Source of the DNA: the human T2T-CHM13v2.0 reference genome, Homo sapiens | Strand: one strand, 5' to 3' | Assembly (NCBI RefSeq): GCF_009914755.1 | Contig: NC_060947.1 | DNA: 64,000 bases | Shown: positions 53,530 through 64,000 of the stretch, piece by piece | Position numbering within the stretch: the stretch's first letter is position 1 | Layout: each line of letters starts with the position of its first letter | The notes under the pieces: generated by a model | Seen by the model: the letters and a program-made list of their open reading frames with translations, nothing else | What the model was told of the DNA's origin: nothing | Database searches by the model: none | Position numbers and translations under genes: made by a program

Positions 53530-56500
53530 ATTATATTCTCCTGCTGAATTTATTATTTTATTATTGTGTAATACTTTTTGTCTTTTTGCCTTTTTTTTCT
53601 TTAAAGTCTGTTATTTAAGTACAGCTACTCCTGCTTGCTTTTGGTTTTCATTTCCATGGAACATTTTATTTCATCCCATTACTTTTACTAGATACGCATT
53701 TACATGTGAAGTGAGTTTCTTGTGAGCAGCATATAATTGGGTCATTTAAAAATTCATTCTGCCAGTCAATATCTTTTAAGTGGAGAATTTAACCTGCTTA
53801 CATTCAAGCTTATTATTGATATGTCAGGACTTGCTTGTGTCATTTTATTAGTTGATTCCTCGTTGTTTTATATATTCTTTGTTTCTTTATTTTTCTCTAT
53901 TTATCACTGGGGTTTGGTGATTTTCTGTAGTGGTACCATTTCAGTGCTTTCTTTTTATTATTTTTTGTGTTTCCTCTACCAGTGAGTTTTATATGTTTAT
54001 GCGTTTTCATAATGGTGGCTATTGTCCTTTCACTTCCAGGTGTACGACTTTCTTAAGCATTTCTGGTAGGGGCATTCTAGTGGTGATAAACCCTCTCAGC
54101 TTTTGCCTTTCTGGGAAGGACTATTTCTCATCCATTTACGAAAAGTTCCTTTACTGGGTATAGCGTTGTTGGCTGGCAGTTTTTTTTCTTTCACCACTTG
54201 GAATATATTATCCAATTCTCTCCTGGCATGTAAGGTTTGCTGAGAATTTTGCTGTTAGTCTCATGAAAGTTCCTTTATATGCGCCTTTATGTGCATTTTT
54301 GGGGGTTTTTAGAATTCTCTCTTTGGCTTTTTACAGTTTGACTGTAATGTGACTTGGGGAAGAAATTTTAGTTGTGTATATTTTGGAATTTCTGCTTATT
54401 ATGTATTAGATATCTAAACATTTTGCTAGGCTTAGGAAGTTTACAGCTATTATTTTGTTAAATAGCTGTTCTATTTATTTTGTTTCCCCTTCACCTTCTG
54501 GGACATCACAATTTTGAATATTTAGTCACTTTATGGTGTCCCATATGTCCTGTTGACTTTCCTTATTCTTTTTAATTTTTTCCTGTTTTTTTCTGACTGG
54601 GTTATTTGAAAAGATCTGTCTTCAAGTTCTGAAATTCTGTTTGATTTAGCCTAGTTTTGAAACTTACAAATATATTTTTATTTCATTCAATGAATTAATT
54701 AGTTCCAGATTTTTTTATGATATCTATTTTTTGTAAATTTCTCATTAATATCTTGAATTGTTATTTAAAAATAATATCTGTTTTCTTGTATCTTTTTGAG
54801 ATTTTTAATACCATTTTCAATTCTTTTTTAAGATTTCATAATTTTTTTTCATTGGATCTGTTGCTGGAAAGTTGTTGCATTCCTTTGGAGATGTTGTCTT
54901 TTCTTTGTTATATTTCTTGTGTCCTTATGTTGATATCTGTGTATCTAATGTACAAATAGCTTCTTTCAATTTTTTGAATTTATTTTCACAAAGATGGGTT
55001 TTTTTTAAAGATGCATTTATGTTGTTGGTTGGGTAGGGAACTTTGGGTTTGATTCTGGGTGTTTGCAGTAATATAGTCCTTGTATGAGTTATTTGACTGT
55101 AAACAGCAGTTATTGCTATGATTTCTTCAGTGGTTTATAGTGCAGTTGCTAATAGAGGCTGTTGTGATGTTTGTGTGTGGATGTGAATGCCAAGTATGCC
55201 TGTCTTCAGGCTTCCAATGTGGCAGCAGTGGATTTAGTGTGCCTAGTTTTGGGCCCCAATGACAGCAGGTCTAGGTAGGCTGATTTGTTGGACCCCAAAC
55301 AGCTTGCTCAGGTACAGGCAGTTTCACCATTTGCCCAAGTGGGTGAGTGAGTCTTTGGGGCCTTGGGTAAAGGGTGTAGCATGAGTGATGGCAGTAATAA
55401 GGGCAGAACAACACTCTGGCTCCCAGGTGGTTTCCTCTAGTGTTGGTGGTTTCTGTGATGTGCTGTGCACAAAAGTACTCAAGCTTGCAGTTTGTGTGGG
55501 TGGGTGCCAGCTGCAGTCGTGGCATGTTGGGTGTTCTTCAGTCTCCTAGGAGGAGTGCTCAGATGTCAAAGGTGATGAATGGGGCAGGGTGATTCCCAGG
55601 CCCCCAGATGTTGGCCTCAGGCTCTGCAGGGGCATAGTTGGGCCAGATGGGCCTGCTCTCAGGCCCCTCAGTGGTTCATGTGAGCACCGACTATGGTAGA
55701 CAGGGGCCTGGATATGTGCAGTATGTGCAGGTTGGTGCAGCAGTAGTTTTGTTGCTTCCCTGATGCTCAGGAGGGTGAGGTTGCTTGCATTGGCAGCAGC
55801 ACTAGGCATGCAGCTGGGGAGCATATACTTCAGCACCAGGTGATTTTTGCAAGCAGGGTAGCTTGTCTTCATTGCACTTGTACATGTGTGTTGGTCCTGC
55901 TACTGGGGGTAGCAGGCTCACTGTTAATGGTTCCTGCTTTAATCCTGTTGGCACTAGCCAGCAGTGGTACCTGGATGTGGGTGGAGGATATCAATTAGGC
56001 TCCAAGGATGTGAATATACAAAAACTGTTGAGACCTAAGGCAGGATGCAGTCTGATGGGGACTAGACCTTCCAAATGGTGCCTTGTAACTGCCTAGGACT
56101 CAGGAGGTGTTTGGGACACAGAGTGAGCTTCTTCTGTGGAGCAGTGTCACAGTGTGTTCTCCAGGCCACTCCCTACATTAGTCTCCAGGCCTACAAGGGC
56201 CAAGGGGCTTTACAATGGTTAGGATTGCAGAAGATCATGCTGGGAATTTGGACTGCTGGCAGCCTTTCACTTTCCATTAACTGAAGATCCTTTCCAGGCT
56301 CCAAGCCAATTCTGACCAAGCAGACTACCTTGCTTCTCTCTCCTCCCTTGCCTTAAATGTTTTCTGTCTTTTTTCTGTTAAATTTCAGCATTCTGTCTTA
56401 GGTGATCTCTTCAAGATGATACTGTCTACTCACTAATTTGGTTTTGTGTGGTAGAAGCTTTAAGGTGGCTGACTAGAGGCATCCAGTACTCACGTCTTCC

Positions 56501-56563
56501 ATTCGTCTTTGTGGAGTACGTGAGTACCAGATGCCTCTAGTCAGCCATCTTAAAGCTTCTTCC
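53530..56563 (-). mobile_element. Old L1M (L1M2/L1MA-like): ORF2 start, ORF1 and 5'UTR
   Basis: CAGCTACTCCTGCTTGCTTTTGG (EN region), ORF1 remnants, GC-rich UTR, 5' end reading AAGATGGCTGACTAGAGGC on the minus strand. Confidence 0.75.
56453..56560. repeat. 108-bp inverted repeat (49-bp arms, 10-nt loop)
   Basis: AGAAGCTTTAAGGTGGCTGACTAGAGGCATCCAGTACTCACGTCTTCCA versus the reverse complement of 56512-56560: 44/49 identical. Confidence 0.95.
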
Positions 56564-56724
56564 CAAAAAAATTTTGAAATCCCCTTGAACTCTTGTAGCC
56601 AATAGGTCAGGCCTATTTTTTTACATATCAGATTTTTGTTATTTTTCATTTGAATAGTGTCTAGGAACTCAGAATGGTTTTGGAAGCTTTTAATCTGAGT
56701 AATTGGGTCATTTTTACCTGCATG

Positions 56725-59127
56725 AGAGGCAGTGCCTAGATGGTAGACTAGAGGCAGCTCATGTGTGCTGTTCTCAAAGAAAGGAAACAAAAGGGCTAGT
56801 GAGCACTAACTCTGCAGGTTGATCTTCTGAGAAACCAGGTCAGGATCCATCAATGCAGCAGGGGAACACAGAGAGCACAGGATCAAAGCTGGTCAACAGC
56901 CAGCCTGGACTCAGCAGAGAGCCAGGAGAACCTCTCTAATATGAGAAAGAGTGAGTGAGAGCACCTAGGGAGATTCACACTCCAACAGGGACCTGTGCAA
57001 GACTAGGAATGGGAGAATCCCCCTTCCCCCGTCCCCCTCCTACACTTCTAAGACTGAGGCAGAAAACTGTTCAGACTTTTTCACAGGCAACTCTCGAGTC
57101 CAAGGGGACTTCTACAAGCCTTGGGCCCTAGAAAACACCAGCACTTGCACCATAGCTCCAATAGAGGCCAAAGTGGCAGTATCTGGGAGCAGTAAGATTG
57201 CTTTACTTCCCCTTGCTGGAAGAGGCTCAGCACCAGCTTCTAGCCTAGCGGTCCTACTTTGGCTTCAATTCGGCCAGCTATTTCACCCACCTTGCCAATG
57301 GTAGCCAAAGTGGAAATGCCTGATATAGCCTTCAGCCTCATGGTCTCCCTTTTGTGTGAACTCAGCTTTAGGGTGAAGCCTCCTGATGTTCTAGGAGACA
57401 TTCTGACAGCAGGGCACATGACCCCATCCAGCCACACCACTGATAGCCAGAATGTCAATGCTTGCTAGAGCTTCTGGCCTAGTGGTCTTGCTTTTTTGTG
57501 AACTCAGCTGGATGGTGCCACTTCCTGTTGTCCTGGAAAATACCCGGATGGCAGAGTGTGTGACCCCACCTGCCCTGCCACTGGAAGCCAGGTGGGCAAC
57601 ACCTGTTAGAGCTTCTGGCCCGACAGCCCACTTCTGTTTGAGCACAGTTAGAGGGTGCAGCTTCCTGTTTTACCAAGCAACACCTGGATGGCAGAGCACA
57701 TGACCCCACCCGACTCTGCCACTGGAAACCAGGTGAGCAACACTTCCTAGAGCTTCCTGCTCAGTGGCCCTGATTCTGTGTGAACTCAGCTGGAGCACAC
57801 AGCTTCCTGTTGTTTTGGTGAACAACCAAATTTTGGAGTGTATGATTCCACCCACTCGCACCACTGGCAACCAGGCAAGCAATGCCTGCTATAACTTTTG
57901 CCCCAACAGCTTCGTTTCTGTGTAAACTCAGCTAGAGGTCACAGCTTCCTGTTGTCCCAGGAAACACCTGGATTGCAGAATGTGTGACCCCACCCACCCC
58001 TGCCAATGGTAGCCAGGCAAGCAATGCATGCTAGAGCTTCCAGCACAGCAGCCCCGCTTCTGCGTGAACTCAGCTGGAGGACACAGCTTCATGTTGTCCC
58101 ATGAAACATCCAAATGGCAGAGTACATGACCCTGCCTGCCCCCACCACTGATAGCCATGCAGGTAATGCTTGCTAGAGCTTATAGGCCAGCAGCCCTGCT
58201 TCTTTCTAAAGTCAGGTGGAAGTCCCAGCTTTGTTATCCTGGGAAACACCTGGTCAGCCATGCACATGACACTCCACCCACCCTGACCACTATTAATGAA
58301 GCAGGTAACACCTATTAGAGTTTCTAGCCCAGCAGCCTCACTTCTGTCTGAACTATGCTGGCATGCACAGCCTCCTGTTGTCCCAGGAACCACTCAGATG
58401 GCAGGAGAGGTGACCCCACCCACCCATGCCACTGACAGCCAAGTGGGCAATGCCTATTAGAACTTCTGGCTCAGCTGTCCTGCATCTGTGGGAACTCAGC
58501 TGGAGTGTGCAGCCACCTGTTGTCCTGAGAAACACCTGGATGGCAGGGTGCATGACCCCACTGATCTAATCCCTGCCACTGAGAGCCAGGAATGCAATGC
58601 CCACTAGAGCTTCTGACCCAGTGGCCCTGCTATTGTGTGAGCTCGGTTAGAGGGTGCAGCTTCCTGTTGTCCTGAGAAACACCCACCCTGCTGTCCCCCA
58701 CTACTAGTAGCCAGGTGGGATATGTGTATTAGAGCTTCTGGCCCAGTAAGCCCGCTTCTGTGGAAACTCAGCCGATGGGCACAGCCTCCTTTTGTCCCAG
58801 GAGGTACCCAGACAGTAGGGATGGCATCCCCACCCACCCCCACTGCTGGTAGCCAGGTGAGTCATGCCTGATCGAGCTTCTGGCCCAGCAGTTCTACTTC
58901 TGCCTGAATTTGCTAAGGGGTGCAGCCCCCTATTGCCCTGGAAACACCCAGATGCCAGAGCAGTCAACTCCACCCACCCCCATCTCCTGTAGCCAGATGT
59001 GCCACATCCCCTAGAGCTTCCAGCCCAGCAGTCATGCCCGGCTTCCTGCCCAGCAGTCTTGCCCGGCTTCCTGCCCAGCGGTCTTGCCCAGCTTCCTGCC
59101 CAGCGGTCCTGCCCAGCAGTCCTGCTT
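56725..59127 (+). mobile_element. 5'UTR of an old L1P (L1PA12-16-like) containing a tandem monomer array
   Basis: Starts GAGGCAGTGCCTAGATGGTAGACTAGAGGCAGC (L1 5'-end motif), followed by GC-rich UTR. Confidence 0.65.
57330..59022 (+). repeat. Tandem array of ~12 diverged ~141-bp monomers
   Basis: Motif GTGAACTCAGCTGGAG..GCTTCCTGTTGTCC..AAACACCTGGATGGCAG..GACCCCACC..CCACTG..AGCCAGG..CTAGAGCTTC recurs near 57358, 57500, 57640, 57782, 57925, 58066, 58208, 58351, 58492, 58639, 58763 and 58905. Confidence 0.92.
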
Positions 59128-59725
59128 CAGTGTGACGATTCCTCAAGGATCTAGAACCAGAAATACCATTTGACTGAGCAATCCCATTGCTGGGTATATA
59201 CCCAAAGGATTATCAATCATTCTCCTATAAAGACACATGCACACATATGTTTATTGCAGCACTATTCACAATAGCAAAGACTTGGAGCCAACCCAAATGC
59301 CCATCAAAGATAGACTGGATAAAGAAAATGTGGCACATATACACCATGGAATACTATGCAGCCATAAAAAAGAATGAGTTCATGTTGTTTGCAGGGACAT
59401 GGATGAAGCTGGAAGCCATCATTCTCAGCAAACTAACACAGGAACAGAAAACCAAACACAGCATGTTCTCACTCATTAGTGGGAGTTGAAAAAGAACACA
59501 TGGACACAGGGAGGCAAACATTACACACTGGGGCCTGTCGGGGTGTTAGAGGGAAGGGAAGGGAGAGCAATTGGACAAATACCTAATGCATGTGGGGCTT
59601 AAAACCTAGATGATGGGTTGATAGGTGTAGCAAACCACCATGGCACATGTGTACCTATGTAACAAACCTGCACGTTCTGCACAGGTGTCCCAAATCTTAA
59701 AGTAAATTTTCTTAAAAAAAGAAAA
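59128..59725 (+). mobile_element. L1PA8-like 3' end (ORF2 C-terminus, 3'UTR, A tail)
   Basis: ORF 59187-59489 ends HSMFSLISGS*; 3'UTR GGACAAATACCTAATGCATGTGGGGCTTAAAACCTAGATG. Confidence 0.88.
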
Positions 59726-59738
59726 AGAGAGAGAGAGA

Positions 59739-60090
59739 GTGTGGTACATATAAACCATGAAATACTATTCAGCCATCAAAAGGAAAGAGATCATATCCTT
59801 TGCAGGGCCATGGATGAAGCTGGAAGCCATCATCCTCAGCAAACTAACACAGGAACAGGAACCCAAACACTACATGTTCTCACTCATAGGTAGGAGTTGA
59901 ACAATGAGAACACATGGACCCAGGGAGGGGAATAACACACACCATGGCCTGTTGAGTGGGGGCAAGGGGAAGAAACTTTGAGGACAGGTCAATAGGTGCA
60001 GCAAACCACCATTGCTCATGTTTACCTATGTAACAAACCAGCACGTTCTGCACATGTATCTTGGAACTATAAGTAAAATAATAAAAAAAG
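59739..60090 (+). mobile_element. Second, older L1PA (L1PA10-12-like) 3' end
   Basis: GTGGTACATATAAACCATG...GAGGACAGGTCAATAGGTGCAGCAAACC...AAAATAATAAAAAAAG. Confidence 0.85.
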
Positions 60091-62216
60091 AACATGTGGT
60101 GGTTTTTAAATATCTGAATGTATCTAACTAAATACATTGGCTAAGTAAATATAAGGTAGTCACATGTAAGCCTGATGCTCATGTAAGAAACAGTATCCTA
60201 TTATGGCACAGACTGTATTGGGAATATATGCATCATTTACTCTAATAGGAGACAGCTAATTTTATGTTCCTCTAGTATACAAACATCCTGTGAAGAGTGA
60301 AATAGTTTTTCAAAGCAGGCTGAAGTGCCACTGAAGAGAACAGACTGAGTATAATAGATAACCTAGATATTAGTGTCTTTCATATTGGCCATGGGATTGG
60401 CCAATAGCTCATAGGATTGTAATAACCTCAGCAGAAGCATTTTGATGTCATAAAGTCAAGGTCTAATTTTTCAAGACTGAATTTGAGATATGAAGGAAAC
60501 TTAATTACCAGAAGGTAATTAAAGGTAATCTACCATTTGAAGTATTAAAAGACAAAAAAACTATTAAATTTTTATCAGCGTAATGAGGTAGAAGATTCAG
60601 CAATCAGCTAAGTTCAGAGTAGTTGCTATGGAGTGGGAAAAATGAGCTCTTTTATTTTCTTTAAGTGGCATAAGAAGATCACAGGGGTTCAAAATAATAG
60701 AAGGAATATAAAATAAATTATATTAGTGTTCTAGGAGGTATCAAAATGTAATTATAGACAAAACTATCAGTAAAGCAAAGAGACAAAAAAGGATGTTGAA
60801 GAATGAGAAAATTAATTTTGTTCATTGTCTTCGATAGAAGCTTTTCACTTCTGAAGTCAGCAGCTTGTGCAGGATTTTTAATAATCCTCAGTTTAAATTA
60901 TTTTAGTGGAATAAAGTCTAGTAGTCATTTAAGTGAAGAAACATGAATCCCAGGATCAACACTAGAGTTTTACTGATATGTAAATGAATAAAACAGTACC
61001 TAATTTGGTCACTTCAATTGAAGCCCAACAACAGTTTTTCTTTGATGCCTTTTTCAGAAGACCAAATCTCCAGGATTGTGAATCAATCAGAGAATGTTTA
61101 GGTAAGAGTTTTGAAAATGTTCCTTGTGTTTGTTGTAAATAAAGCTGGAGATATCATTTGAGTAGTATGTATTATTCTGTCATTAGCCTGTAATAGACTA
61201 GAATACAGGATTGGAAGTGAAATTTCTCATGACACTGCATGAGACAGCCTGTTAATAACTCATAAGGAGATAACTTGTGGGTCCTTAAGAGGTATGAAGT
61301 TACTTTTAGCAGATAAGAATGACTTTTTGTGCCTTGGAAGTTTGAGGGTTACTACAGTTTTGGACAGTTACATTATTACAATTTCACTAATTCTCTTTAT
61401 TCTTCCTGAAGTTTCTGGGTGAAAAGGACAGTCGAGATTTTGAGTTAAATGTAAGCTGCAAAGAGCTCTTTAATGTTAAATAACAGTACCAGAGAAATGT
61501 ACCTCCTTGCTAGTGGAGTGATAAGTATGAATTTTCCAATTTGGAAATACAAATAATCAAGAACTTTTGATTAAATTTAAAAATCATTACATTTTTAGTT
61601 TAGCAGCAAGAAAAAGCCTCAACCAGCTCCAAGAATAAACAACAATAACTATAATGTACTTATTTTCCATTTGGAAGTATTCAAATGGTACCTGAGGATC
61701 TGTTACCAGTCAATAGTCTATATTTGCAGTCTTACTAGTATTGTGTTATTGGCAGGTAGATTAGCTCTTCAAATCATCCTTGGCAGTATCTCTTAAAATT
61801 CCCCCGCTAATATTAGTTTAATGTTGTGGCCATTATATCTCTACTATCTTGGGCGATATATTTACGCTTTTATCTTTTGTCAGCTGATAAATCCATGTGA
61901 AAGCAACTAATACAGACTTCTAAATTGACTTTATTACCACAAGAAGCTTAATTTTTGTAAAACATTCATTCTGTAAAAAATTTATTCTGGTGAAATATAT
62001 ATAACAAAATTTTGGCATTTTAGCCATTTTAAATGTACAATTCAGTAGCATTGATTACATTTATGTTGTACAATCATCACTACTATCTATTTCCAAATGC
62101 TTTTAATCATCCCAAGCAAAATCTGTCGCTCTTAGGCAATAACTTTAACTCTCCCTTCCTGCAGTTTCTGGTAAACTCTAATCTACTTTCTGATTCTATG
62201 AATTTGCCAATTCTAG

Positions 62217-62579
<363 letters not shown>

Positions 62580-63041
62580 AGCATTATGTTTTTAAGATTC
62601 ATCCATATTGTAGTATGTATCATAAATTCATATTTTATGGCTGAATAATATTCCATTTTATGTATATAACACATTTTGTTTATCCATTTTTCTGCTGACA
62701 GATTTGCGTTGTTTCCTCCTATTGCTCATTGTGAGTAATGCTGCAGTGAACATTGGTGTACAAGTATGAGTCCCAGTATTCAATTATTGTGGTTGTATGC
62801 CTGGAGTGCAATTGCTGAGTCACATGATAATTTTATGTATTCCCTTTTGAGGTACTACTATATTATTTTCCACAGTGGCTGCACCATTTTATATTAACAC
62901 ATATATAGACAAGGGCTCCAATTTATCTGTATCCTTACCAACACTTATTTTCCATGTTTTTTGATTAAACCTAAGTTGGTGAGTGTGAAGTAGTATCTCA
63001 TTGTGATTTTGATTTGCATTTCCATGATGACTAATGATGGC

Positions 63042-63339
<298 letters not shown>

Positions 63340-64000
63340 AGTGATGTTTAACATTTGTTCATGAACTTTTTGGCCATTTTTATTTCTTCTTTGGAAAAAA
63401 ATCTTCTCAAGATTTTGGCCTATTATTGGTCTGTCTTTTTGTTATTAAATTGTAGGTATTATTTACGTATTCTGAATATTACAGCCTTATCAGATATGTG
63501 ATTTGAAAGTACCCTCTTTTTTGTAGATTGTCTTCTCCTTTTTTGATAATGTACTTTCATGCACAGAAGCTTCTAATTTTCATGAAGTCCCACTTTTATA
63601 TTTTTTTCCTTTTTTTGCCTTTTGTCACCTTTTGGTGTCATATCGAAAAATACATTGCCAAATCCAAGGTCATGAAATTTTACCTCTATGTGATCTTCTA
63701 AGAGTTTTATGTTTTAGATTATATCTTTAGGTGATTGATTTCTTTTAATTAATTTTTGTATGTTTTCAGATGGTGATCTGACATCATTTTTTAATATGGA
63801 AGTCCAGTTTTCTTAGTACCATTTATTGAAAAGATTATCTTTTTACTATTGAATACCCTTGGAACCCATGTCAAAATTAGTTTATCTATATATGTTAAGG
63901 GTTTATATCTCAAATATAAATTCTAATTCAGTGGTCTATATATTTATTTCTATACCAGTAACACACTCTTTAGATAATTGGACCTTTTTAGTAAGTTTTG

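Noticed and set aside
53272-53618. Cluster of YIYVC ORFs
   Set aside because: Microsatellite translation.
57330-59022. Regularly spaced repeats as a CRISPR-like array or repetitive coding gene
   Set aside because: Whole units are homologous with no unique spacers, the context is eukaryotic, there are no cas genes and no continuous reading frame.

Overview
Primate, probably hominid, genomic DNA. It carries AluY, an L1PA2-type insert and HERV-E, and consists almost entirely of transposable-element fossils. No intact host protein-coding gene is recognisable: nearly every ORF in the track is a fragment of L1 ORF1/ORF2, HERV-E gag/pro/pol/env, Alu or microsatellite. From left to right: a + strand old L1PA interrupted by a truncated THE1 (1-4385); a more unique MIR/L2 region with several candidate + strand micro-exons (4.7-11 kb); a ~7.8-kb HERV-E provirus on the minus strand inserted into an Alu (13678-21438); a ~35-kb pile of nested, mostly minus-strand L1s, including one full-length young L1PA (36450-42484) and a small L1PA2 with a 3' transduction; a hairpin at an L1 5' end; an L1 5'UTR with a ~141-bp monomer array; and further candidate exons near 61 kb. 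The most notable observations are rearrangement signatures: (1) the proviral 3' LTR carries 17 nt of the host Alu flank that belongs next to the 5' LTR and is fused directly into a truncated env; (2) the full-length L1 appears chimeric and lacks TSDs; (3) a 21-nt 3' transduction; (4) a 108-nt fold-back palindrome; (5) local templated insertions. I do not see evidence of a new gene system. Subfamily names come from remembered consensus diagnostics and need RepeatMasker/Dfam confirmation. Boundaries of old repeats are approximate.
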